Part shown: one piece after another, positions 48,334-57,380 of the stretch
How the letters are laid out: every line of letters starts with the position of its first letter
Numbering within the stretch: the stretch's first letter is position 1
Source: Candidatus Cloacimonadales bacterium
GTDB lineage: Bacteria > Cloacimonadota > Cloacimonadia > Cloacimonadales > JAFGVF01
Reading direction: 5' to 3'
Length of the DNA stretch: 64,000 nucleotides
NCBI GenBank assembly: GCA_963677495.2
Contig: CAXXOU010000004.1
Span: 1,376,001-1,440,000, forward strand
The notes under the pieces: generated by a model
Told to the model about the DNA's origin: nothing
The model's input: only the letters and a program-made list of their open reading frames with translations
Databases searched by the model: none
Made by a program: the position numbers and the translations under genes

Positions 48334-49668
48334 ATGCAAAAGATTTTATCATTAACTATAGTATTACTACTCATTATTTTGAGTATTAATGCTGAAACGA
48401 TTTCTTTGAATAAAGCTAAAGAGATCGCTCTTAAAAGTAATCCGGGATTAAGTGCACAGAAAGAGAGTTTAAAATCCTCCGAATGGAACTATAATAACTC
48501 GATTATCTCTCTTTTTCCATCAGGATCACTCAGTGCCAGTTATAGGCAAAGTGACCAAGAGTTCTCCAGCTTTGGGTCAACATACTCTGAAAGTGGCTCT
48601 TATGGCGTAAATCTTAGTCAGCCTCTGTTTATGGGTGGTAAACTCATCAATGCTGCATTGATTGCGAAAACAAGCAGGGATATCAGCAAAATAACTTTAA
48701 CCGATAAGGAACTTGAGATTCTGAATACAACTGAAACCAAGTATTTCTCATTAATAGAAGCAATGAATCTCTTAGAGATTGCTACTGATCAATTAACGAT
48801 TGCAGACCAAAGAGTGCAAGATTCCCAAACAAGATTTGCACAAGGCACTATTTCTAAAGCTGAACTCTTACAAGTTCAGGCTGATGCAGCAGATAAGAAG
48901 GTGAGTCTAATACAGGCACAGCTATCATATGATGTAAGTTATAAGGACCTAAAAAACTACTTGCTACTCTCTGATGATTTCGAAATTGATGTTGAGATTG
49001 ATGATAGCTTTGAAAGTGAAATAAGCGAGCTGAATATGATCGATTCGGTTAATATGGATACTTTAGTTGATAGGATTGTCACCTTCAGTAATTCAAATAG
49101 CAACACAATGAAGATGTTGGAGCTTTCAACTAGTATCTCAAAGACGAATGTTAATATGGCAGTTGGTAATTTTATGCCAACACTAAATCTTAGCTATTCA
49201 TATACTAATTCCGGGGATGCTCGCGAAGACTGGAGTGAATATCCTTGGTCATCAACACTGTCTGTGTCTGCATCTCTTCCAATATTCCCATTGGTTGATT
49301 CCTACTCAGATGTCCAAAAAGCGAAAGCAGATTACAGAAAAGCTGAATATGACTTCATTGATAGCAAAAACGGGAATGCTCTTGGAGTAGAATCTTCTCT
49401 TTTAAGTCTACTAAGCTCAGCGAGAAAGTATGAAGCATCAAAGCTTAGTCTTGAGTATTCAGAAGAAACTTTCAAGCAGATGCAAGCAAGATATAATAAT
49501 GGTCTCTTATCAAGTACAGATCTACTTGATGCTGAGGTTATGTATAAAAGTTCAAGAATGAATGCTGTAAGCAGTAAGTTCGATTATTTAAAAGCAAAAT
49601 CAACATTAAAAAAGCAACTTGGATTATCTGATGACAGCAGATTAATCTCAATGATTTTAGAAAAGTAG
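48334..49668 (+). CDS. TolC family outer membrane efflux protein
   Basis: Signal peptide, AL..NP.L, duplicated halves, RY..G...DLLDA; first gene of RND operon. Confidence 0.85.
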   Translation: MQKILSLTIVLLLIILSINAETISLNKAKEIALKSNPGLSAQKESLKSSEWNYNNSIISLFPSGSLSASYRQSDQEFSSFGSTYSESGSYGVNLSQPLFMGGKLINAALIAKTSRDISKITLTDKELEILNTTETKYFSLIEAMNLLEIATDQLTIADQRVQDSQTRFAQGTISKAELLQVQADAADKKVSLIQAQLSYDVSYKDLKNYLLLSDDFEIDVEIDDSFESEISELNMIDSVNMDTLVDRIVTFSNSNSNTMKMLELSTSISKTNVNMAVGNFMPTLNLSYSYTNSGDAREDWSEYPWSSTLSVSASLPIFPLVDSYSDVQKAKADYRKAEYDFIDSKNGNALGVESSLLSLLSSARKYEASKLSLEYSEETFKQMQARYNNGLLSSTDLLDAEVMYKSSRMNAVSSKFDYLKAKSTLKKQLGLSDDSRLISMILEK

Positions 49669-49676
49669 AGGTAAGT

Positions 49677-50765
49677 ATGAAAAGAATATTGAGTTTAGGA
49701 ATAGTACTCATTCTTCTCGTTGGTTGCGGTAAACCGGGAGGACGTAGTCGTGGTGGCAACATGCAAGGGAAACAGGATACTGTTTTGAAATCACCGGTAC
49801 TTGTAAATGAAGTAAAGAAGCAAGATTTAAAAGAATATGTTACTGTTAGTGGAACGCTTTCAGGTATTATCGATGTTACAATGATGAGTGAGACATCAGG
49901 TACAATTTTAGAAATATACAAATCATTAGGCGATTATGTTGAGAAGGGTGAAGAGATAGCTCTTCTTGATAATGACCATATAAGGATTCAATATGAGCAA
50001 GCACAAGCAAGTTTCTTAGCTTCTGAAGCATCTCTTGCAACTGCAAACGCTTCATTTAACTCCTCAGAGCAACTCTTCAAAGATGGTTCTATTTCAAAAA
50101 TGGAGTATGATAATGCAGTTGCTTCTCTCAAACAAGCACAAGCAGGTTTAGCTGGTGCAGAAGCTAATCTTGAAGCATCAAAACTTAGTTTTGAGAAGTC
50201 TAGATTAACAGCACCTGTATCAGGATATATTGCTTCAACTGAGTTAGAGATTGGAAACAATGTAACTCAAGGCACAAAGCTACTGACCATCGTAGATTAT
50301 ACTAAGTTAAAGCTAAAAACAGGTGTAAATGAGTCTGAACTGTTTTCTATCAAGAAAGGACAAGCAGTTACTGTTAAATCAGAACTCGCAAATCAGATGC
50401 TTAAAGGAAAGATTACCGGCATTGGTATGAAACCATTAACCAATAGCTCAACATACCCCATCGAGATTGAAGCAAACAACCCTAAAGGTAATTTTGCTCC
50501 CGGTATGGTGGTTGTAGGTGAGATTCTTTCAAAGACATACAGAAAACAGATCTATACTTCATTAAATCACATTCTTGATGATTATGGTAAGAAGTTTGTT
50601 TATGTGATAAACTCAGAAGATAAAGCTGAGAAACGCATTGTTGAACTTGGAAGTATAATTGATGAGTACGTAATCATTAAGTCAGGTCTTGCTGAAGGTG
50701 ACAGACTTGTAACAGAGGGTATGGAGATGCTTAATGAAGGTGCTCCAGTAGAGATTAAAGGATAA
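49677..50765 (+). CDS. RND efflux membrane fusion lipoprotein
   Basis: Lipobox LVGC, G..VEKG, AP.SG.I, PGM, SGL..GD..VT.G. Confidence 0.9.
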   Translation: MKRILSLGIVLILLVGCGKPGGRSRGGNMQGKQDTVLKSPVLVNEVKKQDLKEYVTVSGTLSGIIDVTMMSETSGTILEIYKSLGDYVEKGEEIALLDNDHIRIQYEQAQASFLASEASLATANASFNSSEQLFKDGSISKMEYDNAVASLKQAQAGLAGAEANLEASKLSFEKSRLTAPVSGYIASTELEIGNNVTQGTKLLTIVDYTKLKLKTGVNESELFSIKKGQAVTVKSELANQMLKGKITGIGMKPLTNSSTYPIEIEANNPKGNFAPGMVVVGEILSKTYRKQIYTSLNHILDDYGKKFVYVINSEDKAEKRIVELGSIIDEYVIIKSGLAEGDRLVTEGMEMLNEGAPVEIKG

Positions 50766-50771
50766 AAACAT

Positions 50772-53700
50772 ATGTCAATTGCAAAATTCTCAGTACGTAA
50801 CTCAGTGCTGATTAATATGATAATGATCATGGTTTTCATTGCAGGTATCTATGCAATGATACAACTCCCTAAGGAGGAGATGCCACAAGTTGAGTTTGGC
50901 ATGGTCGTTATCTCTGTTGCTTATCCGGGGGTCTCTCCTGCTGAAATTGAGCAGATGATTGTCACTAAGATTGAGGATGAGATTTCTGATATAGATGATA
51001 TAGATTACATCGAGTCTACTGCCTCTGAAGGATATGCTCTGGTTCGTATTAGCTTCGAGGCTGACGCTGATATGGATGAAGCATGGACAGATGTGAACAC
51101 TGAAATGGATAAAGTAAACGATCTACCTGAAGATGCTATGGACCCGGTTCTTATGCGCATCAATATGAAGGAAGTGAATGAGATCTGTTCAATTGTTGTG
51201 AGTGGAGACTTTCACCCAAACACAATGCGAGACATCGCTGATACAATGGAACAAGGTCTAACCAACATAAAGAACGTATCTAAGGTTGAAACCAGTGGTA
51301 CAAGGGAACGAGAAATCTGGATAGAGGGCGACATCGAGAAGCTGAATGCTTATGGTCTTTCCCTAGACAATATCAGCCAAACAGTAGGGGCAAGAAACCT
51401 CAATGTTCCCGGTGGTTCTGTTCAGTTCGGTTCTGCAGAGTTTATTATCCGTTCAATGGGTGAGTTCACTGATGTTAACCAGATTAAAGAGCTGCCTGTT
51501 ATGATGGATAGCTCCGGTAGAGCTGTAAGAATCAAAGATGTAGCCACTGTTGTAGATACATTAGAAGAGTCTTCAGTTATCTCTAAACAGGATGGTGCAA
51601 ACAGTATTACTATTGAAGTGTACAAGAAAGCTCAAGGTAACATCGTAACTGTTATGGAGAACGTGAGAGAGTATTGTGCTGATTTCGAACAGACTGTTCC
51701 AAACCTTAAAGTCACTGTTCGTGATGATGGTTCAATTGCTGTTAACAGTGCTTTACGCTCATTAGGTTCAAATGCAATGATTGGTATTATCCTTGTGTTT
51801 GTTATCCTAACTATCTTCCTCGGCTGGAGAAATGCCTTATTTGCTGCTTGGGGAATCCCATTCAGTTTCTTCCTCACATTTGTAATGATGTTCTACTTCG
51901 GTGTAACTATGAACAACCTATCACTCTTTGCTCTAGTACTGGTACTGGGTATGATTGTGGACGATGCTATCGTTGTTATCGAGAACTTCCATCGTTACAT
52001 GGAGATGGGTTACTCACGGAAAGAAGCCGCTATTCAGGGTACTGAAGAGATTATGTGGCCTGTCATAGCTGCTGTCCTCACAACAATTACTTCCTTCTCC
52101 CCTATCCTTATGATGGAAGGAATCATGGGACAGTTTATGAGTGTATTCCCACTCGTCGTAATGTTTGCATTAATGGCTTCACTCTTTGAATCATTAATAA
52201 TACTTCCATCCCATTTGGCAGAGTTAAGCCCAAAAACTTTAAGTAAAAAGAAAAAGGACAGTTTACACGATAAACTCGTTAAAAGATATAGATGCACTGT
52301 AACAAGAGTGCTTAAACACAGATTCTTAACTATCTTTGTTGTAGTATTTTTGTTAATACTATCAGCTCTCGCTCTTATGTTCAGAATGGTTAAGTTTGAG
52401 TTCTTCCCACGTAGAAACTCTGATACTCTTGTCTTGAAACTTGAGACTCCGGTTGGAACAAGTCTTGAGCAGACAAACGTAGTTGTTTCTGAAGTAGAGC
52501 AGTTTGTTGCAAGCATGGCTGAAGCATCAGATATAGAAGCAGTTATCTCCCAAATCGGACTCATTAAAGGTCGAGGTACACGTTCTACATCTTCTAATAA
52601 TGCCGAAGTAAAGCTTGATATGATTGATATTGAAGAACGTAACTTCGATGACAATGTTATTAAGAATAAGCTACGTAAGTATATGAAAGACCTGCCGGGA
52701 CTCTACTCCTTTAAGTTCGATCAAGAGAGTAAAGGTCCACCAACAGGTAATGATGTTGAGATTCGCATTACCGGTGAGAGCTTAGAAAGACTTGAATATA
52801 TCGGTGAATATATCAAGAATCAATTAGCACAAATACCGGGTGTAGATGATATAGATGATAGTTTTGCTCCCGGTAAGCAAGAGATTCAAATCTTACCATA
52901 CCAGGATAGACTCTCTTATTATGGTCTTACAGCAGCTTCTATCTCATCTGCAGTACGCGGTGCTTCAAATGGTTCTACTATCTCCATTTATCGTGGGGAC
53001 GGTACAGAAGAGTTCGATATTGTACTGAAAGCGAAAGAGTATCAGATTGATGACCTCAATGAACTTAAGAATATGAAGATACGCTCATCTAAAGGAGCTC
53101 TTATACCACTGAAAGATGTAGCTGAGTTCAAAGTAGAAAGCGGACTTAACCAGATTCAGCACTATGATACAGACAGATATATTACTATCACAGCTGCTGT
53201 TGGCACTTATATCGATGATAATGGTAATGCTCAAAGTCGTACAACCGATGAAGTACAAAAGATACTTGAAGGTGATAAGATTCGTGGTACTAAAGGTCTT
53301 TTAACAGACTTTAACAACAAGTTCCCGGGTTATTATCTCACCTATGGTGGTGTGAACAAGATGATGAGACAGTCATATAGTTCACTTTATCTAGCTTTCA
53401 TGATTGCTATCCTCGGAGTTTATACTATTCTCGCAACACAGTTTAAATCATATATTCAACCTCTCATCGTGATGGCAACTATCCCGTTTGCCTTTATCGG
53501 TGTAGTTCTTGGCTTGATCCTGACCGGTTTGCCATTCTCATTGAATACTCTGATTGCTGTGGTTGCACTAGTTGGAGTTGTTGTTAATGACTCACTCGTG
53601 CTTGTTGATTTCGTGAATAGAGAACGTGAACAAGGTGTTGATAGATGGAATTCTCTTATTAATGCAGGTGCACTTCGACTCAGACCAATTATTCTTACAA

Positions 53701-53972
53701 CAGTTACAACAGTTGGTGGTATGCTACCTATGATTTTCTCATCAGCAGAATCATCAGCTGACTACAAATCAATGGCTGTAAGTATAGTTTTTGGACTTAG
53801 TTTCGCAACCCTGCTCACACTGTTTGTTATTCCTACTATCTACTCAATTGTAGACTCCATCTCAGGAAGATTACATGCGAGTCGTTTTGGTTCACACATC
53901 AGTTTTAAAGATGCTGTAATCAATACTGATAAAGGTATTGAAAACATAGATAATTGTAAAACAGGTAAATAG
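50772..53972 (+). CDS. RND efflux permease (AcrB/AcrD/AcrF family)
   Basis: GMIVDDAIVVIEN, VVNDSLVL, RLRPIILTT; 12-TM layout. Confidence 0.93.
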   Translation: MSIAKFSVRNSVLINMIMIMVFIAGIYAMIQLPKEEMPQVEFGMVVISVAYPGVSPAEIEQMIVTKIEDEISDIDDIDYIESTASEGYALVRISFEADADMDEAWTDVNTEMDKVNDLPEDAMDPVLMRINMKEVNEICSIVVSGDFHPNTMRDIADTMEQGLTNIKNVSKVETSGTREREIWIEGDIEKLNAYGLSLDNISQTVGARNLNVPGGSVQFGSAEFIIRSMGEFTDVNQIKELPVMMDSSGRAVRIKDVATVVDTLEESSVISKQDGANSITIEVYKKAQGNIVTVMENVREYCADFEQTVPNLKVTVRDDGSIAVNSALRSLGSNAMIGIILVFVILTIFLGWRNALFAAWGIPFSFFLTFVMMFYFGVTMNNLSLFALVLVLGMIVDDAIVVIENFHRYMEMGYSRKEAAIQGTEEIMWPVIAAVLTTITSFSPILMMEGIMGQFMSVFPLVVMFALMASLFESLIILPSHLAELSPKTLSKKKKDSLHDKLVKRYRCTVTRVLKHRFLTIFVVVFLLILSALALMFRMVKFEFFPRRNSDTLVLKLETPVGTSLEQTNVVVSEVEQFVASMAEASDIEAVISQIGLIKGRGTRSTSSNNAEVKLDMIDIEERNFDDNVIKNKLRKYMKDLPGLYSFKFDQESKGPPTGNDVEIRITGESLERLEYIGEYIKNQLAQIPGVDDIDDSFAPGKQEIQILPYQDRLSYYGLTAASISSAVRGASNGSTISIYRGDGTEEFDIVLKAKEYQIDDLNELKNMKIRSSKGALIPLKDVAEFKVESGLNQIQHYDTDRYITITAAVGTYIDDNGNAQSRTTDEVQKILEGDKIRGTKGLLTDFNNKFPGYYLTYGGVNKMMRQSYSSLYLAFMIAILGVYTILATQFKSYIQPLIVMATIPFAFIGVVLGLILTGLPFSLNTLIAVVALVGVVVNDSLVLVDFVNREREQGVDRWNSLINAGALRLRPIILTTVTTVGGMLPMIFSSAESSADYKSMAVSIVFGLSFATLLTLFVIPTIYSIVDSISGRLHASRFGSHISFKDAVINTDKGIENIDNCKTGK

Positions 53973-53991
53973 TTTTACCTAAACTCAAAAC

Positions 53992-54025
53992 AAAAGGCTA
54001 CCATGCTTCGGCTGGTAGTCTTTTT
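53992..54025 (+). terminator. Intrinsic terminator
   Basis: AAAAGGCTACCA/TGGTAGTCTTTT stem. Confidence 0.8.
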
Positions 54026-54099
54026 CCTATTTTGAGGCATCATTATTCCTGTAATCACTACTCCCCTACTCCCATATTCTCCCCCCTTTTCTCTCTCAT

Positions 54100-54235
54100 T
54101 TCTCAGCAGTAATTCTTGGTAGACACTTGACAAACACCTGGCAAACCCTTGGCCTATTCTTGGCCTAATTACCAAGAATTTACTAACCTATCACCAAGTT
54201 AAAACCTGTTTACAATCACTAATTACTGCTGAGAA
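54100..54235. mobile_element. 136-bp MITE-like or invertible segment: perfect 15-bp IRs around an 11-bp-period CTTGG/CCAAG array
   Basis: TTCTCAGCAGTAATT (54100-54114) / AATTACTGCTGAGAA (54221-54235); mobility not shown. Confidence 0.5.
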
Positions 54236-54314
54236 CAGAATGAGTGTATTGGCATACATCAAAATGAAAATGCATTAATCAGTTACTTTGCTCCCTTTCA
54301 ACCCAAAGGAATCA

Positions 54315-54387
54315 TATGGGATTTTCTCACGATTATCACGGGAATTTCTCGGGCAAAGCCCCGGGAGATTCTCGCGTGTATCCCTTG
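54315..54387. repeat. Degenerate 11-bp-period array (CACGGG/CCCGTG-like)
   Basis: TATGGG 54315, CACGGG 54337, CTCGGG 54348; CCCGGG 54360, CTCGCG 54371, CCCTTG 54382. Confidence 0.5.
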
Positions 54388-54459
54388 TATTGTAAGAGGG
54401 CATAGCGATGACTTGAGCTACGTAAAACGTCTCTCCGGGGCGTTTATCCCGTTTTTTTA

Positions 54460-54529
54460 AGGGAGTTTGCCAGACCATCGGGAAAGCGGACTTCCTAAAA
54501 AAAAACCACCAACCCTTTTTAGGAATTTC
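54460..54529 (+). repeat. AGGGAGTTTG-N17-CGGACTTCCTAAAA hairpin module
   Basis: Homolog of 44839-44895. Confidence 0.75.
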
Positions 54530-54583
54530 TCATGTGCATTTGCGAAAGCGGATTGAAAAACCCTCGCTAAATAACAGCAAGCA

Positions 54584-55207
54584 TTATCCCAATGGGATAA
54601 AATGTGAATAGCCATGAAATGCATGGTCGCATGTACAATTATAACCGTCGACCCCGAAGTGGGTCGAAGATGTTCTTAGTTGAACCGATGTTTGCACTAA
54701 GGATTATTCAGCCCATTTAGGGCTGTGGTTTCTGGTGATAGTTCCTATGGGCTTGCGCCCATAGCTATTCATCTTCAGCACACAAGGTGCTGTGATATAA
54801 ACACAGAATTGTGTCTAAAATATTCTACTTGTTAGATATGTAGCTTCCCTAGAACCCCTACTTTTAAGTAGGGGAACTAATTTGACGAACTCACCTTTCC
54901 CCACCCTCCCCACATTTCAGTTCGAAATGTGGGGAGGGTGGGGTTTCCATATTTGTAATGAAGCTATGCCACCAGATAAATCTGGTGGTTTTGGGGATAA
55001 TTTATGTAATGTACATAATCATATATTATATTGATTGTTAGCACTTACTGATAGATATTTTCAACCCACTTTGGGGTTGACTTTTCTGGAAAATCATTAA
55101 CCCCGAATTGCATTCGGGGCTACTCAAATGTAACCCCTTTGGGGTTAACAAAAGATGGGCATAGCGTCGCTATGCCCATAATATTAGTGCGAGCAGGGAT
55201 GCTCGCG
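54584..55207. repeat. Dense cluster of ~13 REP-like GC-rich hairpins
   Basis: e.g. TCGACCC/GGGTCGA, CTATGGGC/GCCCATAG, CCCCTACTT/AAGTAGGGG, 20-bp IR at 54899-54943, ATGGGCATAGCG/CGCTATGCCCAT. Confidence 0.8.
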
Positions 55208-55218
55208 TACCCGGTATA

Positions 55219-55860
55219 TTAATTCCCAATTAGATGTAACCAATCCCCAAAGAGGAACTGGATTCTACCGATTAGGAGTGAGATTCTAGCCATTACGGTA
55301 TAACCAAAGGCAGCACCGAAGCTTATCATCAGGAAGTAGATTCCAACTTTAGCTACAACACCGAATCCACCTTCATGCTTTTTACTGAAGTAGAAGTATG
55401 CAAGACCGGTTACAGTCCCAACAATCATTAGAGTCTCCCCTATCATTTGAGCTATGTTCCCGGATGCAAACGGATTAATCATTGTCGCAACAAGCTGCTG
55501 TATGAGGTCTGACTTGATGAATAAAAGGAAACTCAAACCGGAGGTTGTACCCATTAGTAATGAGATTGGGTAACGACTCAACCATTCAAGTTTAGGGATT
55601 AACCTTATTAGCATCATAACACCGAGAAGTGCAGGTACGATTAGTAACCAATTTCCACTGAAGTCAGTTGTTAATTTACTGTATAAGTTAGGAATCATTA
55701 TAAAGTAGATTGTATAGATAAACCAATAACCTGCTGAGAGACCGACGAATATCTGCTCAGCTACTTTGTATAATGGATTATCTTTATAAAGGAAGCTAAG
55801 GATAGCAAAGGTTAGAATTGCTCCAATCCAGATGCCGAGAGATGTCATTAAATCTATCAT
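55219..55860 (-). CDS. Conserved hypothetical integral membrane protein (~6 TM), gene 4 of operon
   Basis: SFLYKDNP.YK.AE...VG.SAGY, FLMISFGAAFGYTVMARISLLIGR; ATGA overlap with upstream gene. Confidence 0.8.
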   Translation of the reverse strand: MIDLMTSLGIWIGAILTFAILSFLYKDNPLYKVAEQIFVGLSAGYWFIYTIYFIMIPNLYSKLTTDFSGNWLLIVPALLGVMMLIRLIPKLEWLSRYPISLLMGTTSGLSFLLFIKSDLIQQLVATMINPFASGNIAQMIGETLMIVGTVTGLAYFYFSKKHEGGFGVVAKVGIYFLMISFGAAFGYTVMARISLLIGRIQFLFGDWLHLIGN

Positions 55861-56678
55861 TTCTTACCTCCTTTCTTCTTATCTACATAGTAGGCTATAT
55901 TACCCAAGGCAATGAAAATGATGATGATAAGATGTGCTATAGATTGTGCATCCATACCTGCAGTAGCCTTTCCGATACTACCAACAAGTTTCTCATATTC
56001 TGCTGCCCCTTTAAGTCCACCTAGTAAACCATGAAGTTGCTTTTGTTTATTTAAGTATGGTAACATCTGAGGAGCACTAACTGCTGTAGCACCACCGGCT
56101 ACCGGAACATTGTACTTATCATTGGCAACCATTATCCATTCTTTTAGCCCTGGTGTCCCTGCTGAGAGCGAGACAACGTAACCGATACTCTCAAAGTTCT
56201 TAACATTCTTCATGATAGGGATATCGCCAATCTGAGTACCGTTTATATCTTTGGGGTAAACATTAGCAAAGCTTCTGCCCATTGCTTGGATTGTAACCAT
56301 ACCACCGGCTTTATATCCTAAGTTGACATAGTCAGTTCCATATTCAACCGGATAGTCCTCTTCTAACGACCGAACAGTGTTTTCACCAATAATCACACCC
56401 ATTGGCCATAGAGCTGTCATAATCACTTTGTGCTTCTTACGGAATGCATGTTCCAGAATAGCTTTTGCCATTGGTTGAAGCTCCGCCTGACTGGCAGGAT
56501 CGAAGTCTAAGGACACAATTACCGGAGTATCTTCCGGTGTACTTTCAATCAATTCATATATATCAATTGAGTTTTGTGAAACTTCTAAATTGAATCCAAT
56601 CTTTACAAGTAACGGAATTGAGACACCGATGAACAGGAGTAGGAAGATTATTCTTCTATCGATTTTGAGGAGATTCAT
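55857..56678 (-). CDS. Conserved hypothetical membrane-anchored protein (TM - soluble alpha/beta domain - TM), gene 3
   Basis: YG.DYVNLGY.AG, GLLGGLKGAAEYE, MDAQS.AH; TAATG coupling. Confidence 0.8.
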   Translation of the reverse strand: MNLLKIDRRIIFLLLFIGVSIPLLVKIGFNLEVSQNSIDIYELIESTPEDTPVIVSLDFDPASQAELQPMAKAILEHAFRKKHKVIMTALWPMGVIIGENTVRSLEEDYPVEYGTDYVNLGYKAGGMVTIQAMGRSFANVYPKDINGTQIGDIPIMKNVKNFESIGYVVSLSAGTPGLKEWIMVANDKYNVPVAGGATAVSAPQMLPYLNKQKQLHGLLGGLKGAAEYEKLVGSIGKATAGMDAQSIAHLIIIIFIALGNIAYYVDKKKGGKK

Positions 56679-57373
56679 TATTTACCTCCTAAATGAGAAC
56701 GTTCGATCCCCAGAAGAATTCGAACAGAACTACCGATTACACCTAAAGCAGCTGAGACCATAATCGCTCTTTGACCTGCTGTAGCAGGATACTTCATAAT
56801 AAAGTCAGCAATGTTTGGAAGATGCATAAACCTTAGTCCTTGTGGTAACCAACCGGTTAGAGTGCTACCGACACTTGTTCTACCAAGCATAACGAGTATG
56901 GCTGCGATCAAAAGCAGAGTTGATTCAGGGGAGCGTGCAATGAAAGCTCTATAAGCTGCTGAAGCAATGAAGAAAGCAAGTAATGCAAACATTGTTGCTT
57001 GTAGATGTTGATAGACATTATTGAAGAGATAATCGAATGGTTTTGCTCCAAAGAATGCTTGCACAGCAAGTCCATCCCCAAGCATACCAGCCTGCTTCTC
57101 AGTGCCCCATAATAAGCCGATTATCACCATAACGAAGAAGGAGACTATAGTTATTATATAATACTGCCAGTTGTCCTTCTTATGCTTGATTTTGAGGAAA
57201 GTCATAGTTAGAAGACTTATCTGACCTAAAAGTATAGCAAAACCGGCTATAATCATGAACCAGTTCTCTAGACTTGTACGAATAGTATTAAACGGAGGGT
57301 GTGGAATGAATTCGGAGAAGATGATGAGCATTCCAACGAAGAATGTAATTATTAATGGTAGTGTTCTTTTCAT
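56678..57373 (-). CDS. Conserved hypothetical integral membrane protein (~6 TM), gene 2
   Basis: LQATMFALLAFFIASAAYRAF.AR, AGQRAI...AALG....RILLGIER. Confidence 0.8.
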   Translation of the reverse strand: MKRTLPLIITFFVGMLIIFSEFIPHPPFNTIRTSLENWFMIIAGFAILLGQISLLTMTFLKIKHKKDNWQYYIITIVSFFVMVIIGLLWGTEKQAGMLGDGLAVQAFFGAKPFDYLFNNVYQHLQATMFALLAFFIASAAYRAFIARSPESTLLLIAAILVMLGRTSVGSTLTGWLPQGLRFMHLPNIADFIMKYPATAGQRAIMVSAALGVIGSSVRILLGIERSHLGGK

Positions 57374-57380
57374 GTTCTCC

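Noticed and set aside
53975..54478. ORFs 53975-54175 and 54275-54478 (likewise 32676-32903 and 40424-40669)
   Set aside because: They run through terminators and repeat modules and show no protein-like features.
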